Shown here one piece after another: positions 32,394 to 41,866 of a stretch of DNA of 64,000 nt (the stretch's first letter is position 1; the number at the start of each line of letters is the position of its first letter). The position numbers and the translations under genes were made by a program. A model generated the notes under the pieces. It was not told the DNA's origin. It did no database searches and was given only the letters and a program-made list of their open reading frames with translations. The stretch lies in the IMG/VR virus record IMGVR_UViG_3300050120_000152, positions 124,001 to 188,000 of that record; one strand, written 5' to 3'.

Positions 32394-33360
32394 AGTAATG
32401 CAATTATATCACATCAACATGAATAAACCATAAATGCTATTTAATTATTCACAATTAACTGTATAATCAACATGAACAATAAGGTTAATAAATTCTGATC
32501 GCTTGACTTTGGTAAAATTATAACCCAAATTATTGAAGTTGGAGCTTAATACATTTAATACTTCTAAATCAAATAATTTATCATCTCGTAATTTTTCTAA
32601 AGCAGTTCTGTCATCACCAAAATCAACATCATACATACTCCAAAAACCCAATGTGCCTGCAGCATTGGCGCAGCTACGCAAATGATCTTTAAACCCTTCA
32701 ACCACGGCAATTAAATAGTTTATTTTAATTAGCTGTTGCTTCGATTCTATCTGCTTAATAGCACGACTATTTTCAGCACAAATATGTTGTGCTGAAAAAT
32801 TTTCAGATTCTATCTTTTTATTTTTAGTAAAAAACCCATAATTATTCCCTAAATCCGTATCATTATCAATTAATTCTTTTACATAGGCTAATGCGGCTGA
32901 ATTACCGTAAACATCGCCATACGGTGTCGCAACATGGTGTTCATACATCATTTCCTGAAGATCATTGATATGATCCATGATCATCCACGAAGCTGGTGAT
33001 TCTTTTGGATAATATTTTTGACGAGCATTCCATTTTGACATTATACCATCAAAAGGGGTGGGTAAAATATCCATAGCAACTTTGCTAAAGTCAACAATGT
33101 TCTTTGATGATGTATGATCTACTTTATTATTCATAATTTTTATTCTTTTCACTTTTTATTCTTTTCTACAACAGCCGAAAGTTCCATTAGAGCTTTTTGT
33201 TTTGCATATGAAGCGGGTACTGTTACCTTAACCTTTACAGGTTGCTGAACCTTTTTTGTGATAATTTTTCCTAATAATTTCATATCATCACCTATATTAT
33301 TCCTAATACATGTTTCAATGAATTATATGTTATATACCATTAATAGATGCTTAACATATT

Positions 33361-33762
33361 TTAAATCAATGAACAATGTCCTTCAAGTAGATCAGCAATT
33401 TCAGAAAATGTATAATTTTGTTCAAGACAAGCATCTGTAGCGTAGAGGATACCATCATTTACATCAGTAATTGGAATAAGTTCATCATTAATATAAACAA
33501 ATGGCATTCTCATCCCAGCATCAACAACATTATTTTCAAAATTTACATTATTCTTTTTTAACCATTCATAAGATGGAACAGTTAATGATTCACATTTACC
33601 ATCAGCTACCATTTGAAGCACTCCTAAACAACAGAAGCGTGTAGGATTCTCCACCGTGTCACATAATGTGCTTGTGCCTTTATTATAATCTCCTGAACGC
33701 AATGCTGCGAACCAAGCCTTACCGAGGGCTTCTGGCATGCTGAAAGTTTTATTAATTTTCAT
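33361..33762 (-). CDS. WxxALRSG-family protein
   Basis: WFAALRSGDY, FCCLGVLQ. Confidence 0.8.
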   Translation of the reverse strand: MKINKTFSMPEALGKAWFAALRSGDYNKGTSTLCDTVENPTRFCCLGVLQMVADGKCESLTVPSYEWLKKNNVNFENNVVDAGMRMPFVYINDELIPITDVNDGILYATDACLEQNYTFSEIADLLEGHCSLI

Positions 33763-33764
33763 GA

Positions 33765-34145
33765 TTAGAATGTTTCCATATTGGTTTCGATGATATCTGC
33801 AATTTGCTTAAAATTTAATCCCATCCCATCATTCATTACTGATAGAAAGCACTGTTGACCGTCTATCATGATAGGAGGATTATTGGTAATAGTACCGGCA
33901 ATATTAATAAAATTAATATTGTGGTCAACTAACCATTGAGTAGTAGGCAATCCACAAGAACGATAACCTTCTCCAGAATTTTTAAGTTTTTCCACAGTAT
34001 TATCACAAACCATCTGTAAAACTCCAAGACAACAATAACCGCCATGTTGATCTTGGAGTGATCCTTTACCCTGTTTATAGTCACCAGAGCGCAAAGCGGT
34101 TAACCACTTGTCAGCATGCTCTTTTGACATTTTAATAGGCTTCAT
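33765..34145 (-). CDS. WxxALRSG-family protein
   Basis: Start MKPIKMSKEH abuts upstream stop; WLTALRSGDY, YCCLGVLQ. Confidence 0.8.
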   Translation of the reverse strand: MKPIKMSKEHADKWLTALRSGDYKQGKGSLQDQHGGYCCLGVLQMVCDNTVEKLKNSGEGYRSCGLPTTQWLVDHNINFINIAGTITNNPPIMIDGQQCFLSVMNDGMGLNFKQIADIIETNMETF

Positions 34146-34146
34146 A

Positions 34147-34551
34147 TCAAGTACCCACAAAGTTCTTTTCGATGTAGTTGGCAATCTTCTTGAATGAATA
34201 TTCTGGGGAAATGCTATCATTCAAATCAGATAATGGCAGGATTTTACCATTACCCATTTTAACATCGGCATCGAAATAGTCTTGAGTTAAGCCTGAACTG
34301 CGAAAATGAATATCATATTCTTTCAGCCATTCTCGCGATGGGAAAGTTCTTGCTTCACCACTGTTTTCAAATTCTACACCACCAGTCAAACAATGCTGTA
34401 GAACACCCAAACAACAAAATTTAGGGTTATTGCCAGCATCACCATCATCATACAGTCGAGATTTACCACGCTTATATTCACCAGAACGTAAAGCAGCTAA
34501 CCATTTTGCCAAAATTTTCTTGGGCATCTTACTTTTTTCAAAATTGCTCAT
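34147..34551 (-). CDS. WxxALRSG-family protein
   Basis: WLAALRSGEY, FCCLGVLQ. Confidence 0.8.
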   Translation of the reverse strand: MSNFEKSKMPKKILAKWLAALRSGEYKRGKSRLYDDGDAGNNPKFCCLGVLQHCLTGGVEFENSGEARTFPSREWLKEYDIHFRSSGLTQDYFDADVKMGNGKILPLSDLNDSISPEYSFKKIANYIEKNFVGT

Positions 34552-34561
34552 GATGGTTTCC

Positions 34562-34960
34562 TTATTTTTGAATTAATTTAACTTTTGAACCCTTTTTCAG
34601 GGATTGTGATAATTGTTTCAACCGATTGACTGCCAATTGTTTCTCAGTCATGCTTTTTTCATTTTGTTCACGAGGCTTCCAAATAGCAAAAACATGCTGA
34701 TAGGCATCCTCACCGAACACATGATTTGCAGGAAAGATAGCTGTATAAGGACTATGCACATCTTCATGAACAATTTTCATATTCTTGAATTGTAAACCAC
34801 CCACACCAACAGATGTAGCCCATCCTAATGCACAAGATGAGCTACTATCTTCCAATACAGCTGGCGTCTGAACCAATTGATCGTACTTTTTGTTGGGCAA
34901 CTTGTCAAGAAATGCAATTAATGCATCACAATGATCAGCTTGTTCAACTTTAGTAAACAT
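34562..34960 (-). CDS. hypothetical protein within the paralog array
   Basis: CALGWA motif; may be a distant family member. Confidence 0.6.
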   Translation of the reverse strand: MFTKVEQADHCDALIAFLDKLPNKKYDQLVQTPAVLEDSSSSCALGWATSVGVGGLQFKNMKIVHEDVHSPYTAIFPANHVFGEDAYQHVFAIWKPREQNEKSMTEKQLAVNRLKQLSQSLKKGSKVKLIQK

Positions 34961-34963
34961 AAA

Positions 34964-35431
34964 TTAAAATCCTTCTACCTGTTCCTCGACCAAATCTGCA
35001 ATTTGTGCAAACGAATAAGCGTACACATCGTTAAGATTAGATGCACAAAAAAATCCATTACCTTCATCACAATCTTTAGAAGAATCAAATCCTTTAGGAC
35101 GGCTACTTTCTGGAAGGAAAAAATAAAAATCATTACAGGGTTTGATATCTTTATAGGATGTTCCCTTTGTTGACGTAATATTATGGTCATCTAACCAATC
35201 AAACGATGGCAGCTGAACCGAAGGAGTATCAGTTGAACCAGCATATCTTTCAATCTTATGATCTAATGCATGCTCAAGCACACCCAAGCAACAATGTTGT
35301 CCTACATCATCGCACAACCAGCCACCATAACCTTGACGATACTCACCAGATCGCAATGCTGCCAGCCATTTGGCTTTAACTTCCATCGGCATTCTGGTTT
35401 TATAATGGGATGGATCGTAAGCAATACTCAT
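34964..35431 (-). CDS. WxxALRSG-family protein
   Basis: WLAALRSGEY, HCCLGVLE. Confidence 0.8.
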   Translation of the reverse strand: MSIAYDPSHYKTRMPMEVKAKWLAALRSGEYRQGYGGWLCDDVGQHCCLGVLEHALDHKIERYAGSTDTPSVQLPSFDWLDDHNITSTKGTSYKDIKPCNDFYFFLPESSRPKGFDSSKDCDEGNGFFCASNLNDVYAYSFAQIADLVEEQVEGF

Positions 35432-35847
35432 TATACACCTACCACATGATTTTCGATGATAAGAGCAATCTGCTTGAAGGTCTTACATGATCCATCATTC
35501 AATTCGGAAGCAGAATAATATTCACCATTTTTAAATTTAAAAGTTGGCTGTGTATCCAATGCACCAAAATCCGATTCATCAACAAACTTAATATTCCAAT
35601 CCTTCAACCACTGTTCCGTAGGTAAAGCTTCGGCTTCAGCATCATTGGCATAAAATTCTACACCACCAGTCAAACAATGCTGTAGAACACCAAGGCAACA
35701 GAAACGAGGAATATCATCTTCAACACCATCAAGATTTTCTGTGGTATAAAGCTTGTACTGACCCTGTTCATATTCACCAGAACGTAAAGCCCTTAACCAC
35801 TTGTTCAAGATAGCTTTCGGCATGGTACTAAAAAATTTCTTATCCAT
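35431..35847 (-). CDS. WxxALRSG-family protein
   Basis: WLRALRSGEY, FCCLGVLQ. Confidence 0.8.
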   Translation of the reverse strand: MDKKFFSTMPKAILNKWLRALRSGEYEQGQYKLYTTENLDGVEDDIPRFCCLGVLQHCLTGGVEFYANDAEAEALPTEQWLKDWNIKFVDESDFGALDTQPTFKFKNGEYYSASELNDGSCKTFKQIALIIENHVVGV

Positions 35848-35849
35848 AA

Positions 35850-36305
35850 TTAAAATCCTTCTACCTGTTCCTCGATAATGTCTGCGATCTGTGCAAACGA
35901 ATAATTCATATTATCATTTAATTCTGTAGCATCATAGATACGACCATCCACAAGGAAGGAAGCCCCACAGCGAAAAGGACTATTATGGAATGAGATATTA
36001 TGACTTTCATTCCATTCACCCGATGGAAGCAATGCACTCTCCATCCCACCGGCTTTATATTCTACACGACCATCACAAACCATCTGTAACACACCAAGGC
36101 AACAATATTGCTTGATCAATGTATCATTCTTATACGTAACATGTTCCAACTTACCTTTACCCTGCTCATACGTGGGTTCCCACGATGTTACTCCATCACG
36201 AGTAACATCCTCACCAGAACGCAATGCTGCCACCCATAAGTCTTTAATCTCTTTAGGCATTTTGGTGTTAGGTGGAAGTGTATCAGGGTAATAAGGTATT
36301 GACAT
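35850..36305 (-). CDS. WxxALRSG-family protein
   Basis: WVAALRSGE plus insertion, YCCLGVLQ. Confidence 0.8.
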   Translation of the reverse strand: MSIPYYPDTLPPNTKMPKEIKDLWVAALRSGEDVTRDGVTSWEPTYEQGKGKLEHVTYKNDTLIKQYCCLGVLQMVCDGRVEYKAGGMESALLPSGEWNESHNISFHNSPFRCGASFLVDGRIYDATELNDNMNYSFAQIADIIEEQVEGF

Positions 36306-37529
36306 GTATTTGATATCCTTTTTAAGAAAAATGTACGAATTGATAACTCAATTCGTATATTATAATACTTTATATACAATTAATTATAAGAACCTAGTCT
36401 CAAACTATGAGAATAATAGGTTCAGGTGAGTGCATACTGTAGCCTATAGAATGGCTTGAAACAAGGTTTTATGAATTGTTGAGTTAATTTGTGTTAATTA
36501 ATGGGGTAGGGTGGAATATTGTGGGAAAATGATATCAAAATGATATCATTTTAAGATAGTTTTATATTATATGTATAATTAACCTTAAGGGTACTTTGTA
36601 TGCTTATGGTGCAAAAAAGTTTTATAATAATATGTTTTTAAGCATTTTGCACCATTATGGTGCAAACTATGTTCATCCTAATACTGAGTTAAAATCGAAA
36701 ATATTCTTCCACCAAGGTTTCTTTTTACTAGGGACACCTGCCCATTCATCCATGAGCATTGAAGAAGGTGGTTCAGGTTTTTCTAAGGATATCTTATCCA
36801 TTATTCTAAACTTTACTTTCAATCGTGAAAAAGAAGATGATGATTCATATACAGTAACTTCAACCAGCTTATAGCCAAAGGGTTTCAGTTTAGTATTAAT
36901 GGTGTTGAATGCATACTTACTATCCGCAGCAAAATCATCAGAATGACCGTGACCTATTACTTCCAATTCATGATCATGGGTAAGTTCAGCAACGCCAGCT
37001 TTCTTATAGAGCCATATTACTTTATCTTCCATATGTTTCCATATATCTGCGATCATATCATCCAACCATGGACGACTACGATCTTCAGTAATACGGGTAG
37101 CTAAAGCTTGTTTAACATCATCAGAATGGATCATGGTGTATTTTTCTCTAGGGGAGCAAGCGATTTAACAGTCATGCCATAAAGTGGCCTACCATCACCA
37201 AATCCAAATTTGATATCATCAGCATTAAATTTTGATTCTGATACGTCAAGATCAGCAACATGTAATCCATATTGCAATAGCTTAGGATTAATATAAGCTT
37301 TGATATCAGCACGATTGACCTTAGCAATATGATAGAATGTTACCCTAAGATCACTCCAGCTGCATAAAGCGGTTGAATCGAATACTTCACTAAGCTTTTT
37401 TTCGAATGAAGTAAACAGAGCATCACCAATGACGGCAATGCTATCTGTCTTATTCTGTTGTAACCGTTGGACTATTTCATCAATATTCTTAATCATGGTG
37501 TATTTTTCTCTAGGGGGAGCAAAGGATTT

Positions 37530-38396
37530 TTAATGAAAAACGAAGATAATACGAGTAGAAGCTTGATTAATATAAACATCATACCCTTTACTGGTATAAT
37601 CTTGAACAACTCTATTAAGGAAGTATACATGATCAGGATGAGTATTCAATTGTAGCTGAAGATACGTCACACCATCTTCTACACTATGTGCCTTGATAGA
37701 TTCGGCAAGTGTATTATTAATTTCTGCACAATATTCTGCATAGGTAAAGTTATCATCAGGAAACATTTCCTCAACAGGGCTACTATTAGGATAATTAAGG
37801 AAATCATGAGGATCAAGAGCATAATTAACATAAGGTTCAGCATCAGTATTACCATAACTTACATCAACAACGGATTCAGCCTTCTCACAATGGGTACAAC
37901 CTTCATGGTTAAAGTTATCATCATAAGGTTCTGCATCAGTATTATAGTCTACGGTATCATAAACTTTAAGAAGTTCATCAGGGGCTTCAGTACGTTCAGG
38001 CATACCAGAAATATTACGAACATTATCAAGAATATCATTAACAAAAGCACATTGTTTTAGAGTATTATATTGAATGTATCGATATAGTTTAGCACGAGCA
38101 TCATCGAATGTAAGACTGCCATTATAAAAGATGCTCATAAATTCATCACCAAAAGTAATATTGAGAGCATCATGACCAAACTCATTCTCAGTATCTAGCA
38201 TAGGTAAATGTCGAGCTAGAACAATTTGATTGTCACAATATAGACCACCGATACCTTCATTAGCAGCAAAGCCACCAATGGATGTATACCAAAACATATA
38301 GGAATAACCATGGGGACTATACTTGGTAAATGCATCATGGGTAAAACGACGATAGAGTTCTTTAAGATTTGCCAATTGTGTATTACTTAAATTCAT
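37530..38396 (-). CDS. hypothetical acidic protein
   Basis: 288 aa; internal repeat NTDAEPY x2. Confidence 0.7.
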   Translation of the reverse strand: MNLSNTQLANLKELYRRFTHDAFTKYSPHGYSYMFWYTSIGGFAANEGIGGLYCDNQIVLARHLPMLDTENEFGHDALNITFGDEFMSIFYNGSLTFDDARAKLYRYIQYNTLKQCAFVNDILDNVRNISGMPERTEAPDELLKVYDTVDYNTDAEPYDDNFNHEGCTHCEKAESVVDVSYGNTDAEPYVNYALDPHDFLNYPNSSPVEEMFPDDNFTYAEYCAEINNTLAESIKAHSVEDGVTYLQLQLNTHPDHVYFLNRVVQDYTSKGYDVYINQASTRIIFVFH

Positions 38397-38500
38397 TTTA
38401 TTATTCTCTTAGGTTATGTGTTTAGCTTACGCAAGCGTTAGGACTTAATTTCAATGATGTATTGTACACTATGGCGGTATACTTACGCAAGCGTTAGGAC

Positions 38501-38905
38501 TTAATTTTCATCCCATGGAATTTCATAGAGATAGTTCTTGTTAACCATAGGGATACCTGCTCGTTGAAATAAGGTAGATTCACTTATATGAGCTTTGGTA
38601 TCAGGGTATTTGGTAATGGCCCAGAGTGCTAATTGTGTACCTAACCCTTGACCTCGTGCAGATTTTCTAGTATAGATGTATTGGATTCGTTGTTGATCTA
38701 CTTTAAAAACTAATGTCCATGACAGTATCTTACCATCATATTCAAAGTAGGCAACTTCACCTTCTTGGAATGCTGGGTTTCCCATTTTACATTCTTTTAA
38801 CACTTTTAACATCTGTCCTTGCTTTCTCAGGTTCAGGTAGCTGAACTGAAGATAAATTTTTGGATTAAGATGCTGAACGAAACCTGAACGTGGAACCATA
38901 AGCAC
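38501..38905 (-). CDS. GNAT-like acetyltransferase
   Basis: YIYTRKSARGQGLGTQL (acetyl-CoA-binding motif A); real start likely downstream of the track start. Confidence 0.65.
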   Translation of the reverse strand: MLMVPRSGFVQHLNPKIYLQFSYLNLRKQGQMLKVLKECKMGNPAFQEGEVAYFEYDGKILSWTLVFKVDQQRIQYIYTRKSARGQGLGTQLALWAITKYPDTKAHISESTLFQRAGIPMVNKNYLYEIPWDEN

Positions 38906-39436
38906 AAACCTTTATTATAGCACAACTTTTTGATTCTGTCAATGCATTTAACAAAATCTTAACATCCTTGTTTACCTTACATTCAGGTTGATGAACATTG
39001 TTAAGAATACGCATAAACCATGCCACATTCCTAATAATGTACCAATCCCTGAAGTTCGTATAGTATGCCATTAACAGATGAACAGCAACTAAATGTTAAC
39101 GAAGAAAGATAAAATATTCAGCAACGGTTCAGGTTGGTTATGATAAAATAGGGATGTGGATGGGAAGCATGGCTCTTATATTTGATTAAAGCAAAACGGG
39201 TTGACACCTGTACAATATTAATGTATTATATCCATACTGAAAAAGGTGTGCCAAAATGCCAGATAGAAAGATTGATCATACTTTTCATGTTGACTATGGT
39301 TGCTTACCTATTCTGGTAGCATTATGGTTATTGTGTGATGGTCACCCATGGTGGGCATTGCTTATATTCTGGATATTCTGATAGGTTGTAATCCATTACA
39401 ATCTCTGTTAGAATAGCATCATACCAAACATAGAGA

Positions 39437-40006
39437 TTGAACATGCTTACCGCAAATCAGTTGGCTATCCAGTGTAAAGTTGCTGAAGTCTTAGCACAAG
39501 CTAAGAAACTATATCCAGCATGTACAGGGCTGGAAATTGATCGTATTGTATGGAAAGAAAAAGGTCGTGCCGTAGGTATGGCATCATTTGATGGTAAGAA
39601 ATTTTTCTTAACCTTTACTAAAGAATCATCGCAGGATGGTATCTTTTTTGATGATACCATGAAGGATACGGTAGCCCATGAAGTGGCTCATCTTGTTGTC
39701 ATGTTTTTCATCGCATGTCGTTTGTATGGTAATCGAAAGATTCAGCCACATGGTAAGGAATGGAGACACATTGCAATCACTCTAGGGTGTAATGGTAAAC
39801 GTTGTCACAATCTGCCTGTTACTGCGGCAAGGGCTCATACAAAATATCTGTATCGCCTTGATAGTGGACTTGAATTGATAATGGGCAAAAAGTATCATAT
39901 GAAAATCATGAATGGTCTGCGAGTATGGACAAAGAAAACCCATGAAGTAATCACATCAGCTCATTATGTGAGTGCTACCAAAAATGGTATAAATCTGGTT
40001 GCATGA
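39437..40006 (+). CDS. SprT-like zinc metalloprotease
   Basis: TVAHEVAHL...PHGKEW..LG...RCH. Confidence 0.88.
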   Translation: MNMLTANQLAIQCKVAEVLAQAKKLYPACTGLEIDRIVWKEKGRAVGMASFDGKKFFLTFTKESSQDGIFFDDTMKDTVAHEVAHLVVMFFIACRLYGNRKIQPHGKEWRHIAITLGCNGKRCHNLPVTAARAHTKYLYRLDSGLELIMGKKYHMKIMNGLRVWTKKTHEVITSAHYVSATKNGINLVA

Positions 40007-40060
40007 TGCAATACATTGTAGTAGAATAGTGTTATTCAAACATCACATAGGAATACGATC

Positions 40061-40480
40061 ATGGGCACTCGTGCAATTGTAGGTATGAAGACTGACAAGG
40101 GTAAGTATACCAGTGTTTACACACATTGGGATGGTAATCCGAATCACCATCTGAGCATTCTCGTCAATTGTTACAATACAGCAAAAAAAGTAAAGACATT
40201 GCTGTCACATGGTGATATTTCGTCATTGAGGATTCATGATGAAGGTGCAGCAGGACATACGTTCAATACTCCTGTAGAAGATCAGACTGTATACTATGGT
40301 CGTGATCGTGGTGATGAGGGTACGAAAGCTAAAAACCATACTTCAATGGCACGATTCACTCAAGAAGAGTATGGTTATCTGTTTCAGGATGGACAGTGGT
40401 TTGTTGTCTTTCCGGGAGAGTTGGTTAATCATTCTGAATTTTTGAAAAATGATGAATATCAGGATGAACGTCAAGATTAA
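40061..40480 (+). CDS. hypothetical phage protein
   Basis: MGTRAIVG..YTHWDG.P..EYGYLF. Confidence 0.75.
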   Translation: MGTRAIVGMKTDKGKYTSVYTHWDGNPNHHLSILVNCYNTAKKVKTLLSHGDISSLRIHDEGAAGHTFNTPVEDQTVYYGRDRGDEGTKAKNHTSMARFTQEEYGYLFQDGQWFVVFPGELVNHSEFLKNDEYQDERQD

Positions 40481-40523
40481 AAAGATTTGACGCCAGCACT
40501 AAATAAAGATATTATATTCATAT

Positions 40524-40608
40524 GGCCTCTTGGCGAAACTGGCATACGCGCTTTCCTTAAGAGTAAGTACCTTCGGGTATGCGGGTTCGACTCCCGCAGA
40601 GGCCACCA
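40524..40608 (+). tRNA. trnL: tRNA-Leu(TAA)
   Basis: GGCCTCT/AGAGGCC, loop CTTAAGA, TACC-TTCG-GGTA arm, A73, CCA. Confidence 0.92.
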
Positions 40609-40609
40609 A

Positions 40610-41080
40610 TTATTTGTTTTTATTTTTACCTCTATATGTCAAAGTTTTTGTATGACAATTTGGACATAATAAAGTTAAATTTTCAAGTTTATTATTAGCA
40701 TGATTACCATCAATATGTTCTAATTCTAATGGTATGGGATCACCAAGCCATTCAGTTAAATTACAATTGTAACATTTATGCTGGAAAATTCCTTCAGATA
40801 TAAGTCGTAGTCTAAGACGATTACTATTTACATATTGAACATTTCCTGACAGAATATCAGTCATAGCTATTACAGGTCTTGGAGGATAAGTTTTTCCTTT
40901 AGCATAACCTTGACCTGTGAAATGTGATATATCAATATCATGTTCCTTAAATCGTTTTTGTATGGTAGAATAGTTGCTTCCGTATGGATTCAATTCAAGT
41001 TTTCGTAATACTTCAGCAATAGAAAAAGAATCTTTGACAGCTTCACGCAATTGTTCTGGGGTATGTTTAAAGTTTGACAT
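40610..41080 (-). CDS. HNH homing endonuclease
   Basis: CYNC..LELEHIDGNHANNKLENLTLLCPNCHTKT; late promoter at 41104. Confidence 0.9.
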   Translation of the reverse strand: MSNFKHTPEQLREAVKDSFSIAEVLRKLELNPYGSNYSTIQKRFKEHDIDISHFTGQGYAKGKTYPPRPVIAMTDILSGNVQYVNSNRLRLRLISEGIFQHKCYNCNLTEWLGDPIPLELEHIDGNHANNKLENLTLLCPNCHTKTLTYRGKNKNK

Positions 41081-41179
41081 AGTAACACTCTCTGTAATAT
41101 ACCTATTTATATGTATTACAAAGTTATGAATAAAAAGATTGACAAGTGATATAAATAACAAATATAATTACTACCTTGT

Positions 41180-41321
41180 GGGCGTATGGGGGAATTGGTA
41201 GACCCGGCAGACTCATTGAAGTCTTCTAGAAATAGAAGATTTTGTAAAATAAATTTAATAGTTTATTTTACAAAATCTGCTTCCGAAAGGAGTCCCGGTT
41301 CAAGTCCGGGTATGCCTACCA
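41180..41321 (+). tRNA. trnL: tRNA-Leu(CAA) split by a 57-nt insert (41215-41271)
   Basis: Removing the insert gives an 85-nt Leu cloverleaf with GCAGA-CTCAAAA-TCTGC. Confidence 0.85.
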
Positions 41322-41371
41322 AACAAATTCATGGTCTTCCCAAACCATGTCTTATGATGTAAGATATACAT

Positions 41372-41449
41372 CGGAGTGTAGCTCAGTCTGGCTAGAGCAT
41401 CGCGTTTGGGACGCGAGGGTCGCAGGTTCGAATCCTGTCTCTCCGACCA
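41372..41449 (+). tRNA. trnP: tRNA-Pro(TGG)
   Basis: TCGCG-TTTGGGA-CGCGA, CCA. Confidence 0.93.
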
Positions 41450-41788
41450 ATTCAAATTAAATGTTGACAATGACGTTTAATAATGTATAATTAGCTACAT
41501 GTAGTGGAACTCGTGACTCTGGTCACGTAAAGGATTGAAGCGAGAGCTTCTAAGGACTTGGAAATAGGGTATCGAATCCCTGCACCCCATGAGGGGGTGT
41601 TCGTCTAAGATAGGACACCAAGATTGCATTAGAAGGTAGCCATTCTGGATGAATGGAGAAAATAACACGAGGCGTCAACTGTACACGCCTACTCGCAAAG
41701 CTAGACATTAGTAAAAATGCACTCGCAAAGTTTTAAAAGTGTTGACAAAGAATAGAAACATGGTATTCTAGTTAACTCAGCAAGACAC

Positions 41789-41863
41789 GGGGAAGTACCT
41801 CAGAGACTAGAGGACTGGCATATGAGCCAGAAGTCGTAGGTTCAATCCCTACCTTCCCCACCA
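41789..41863 (+). ncRNA. tRNA with a 6-nt anticodon loop (AUAUGA)
   Basis: Perfect cloverleaf GGGGAAG/CTTCCCC-A-CCA, but CTGGC-ATATGA-GCCAG. Confidence 0.75.
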
Positions 41864-41866
41864 AAT

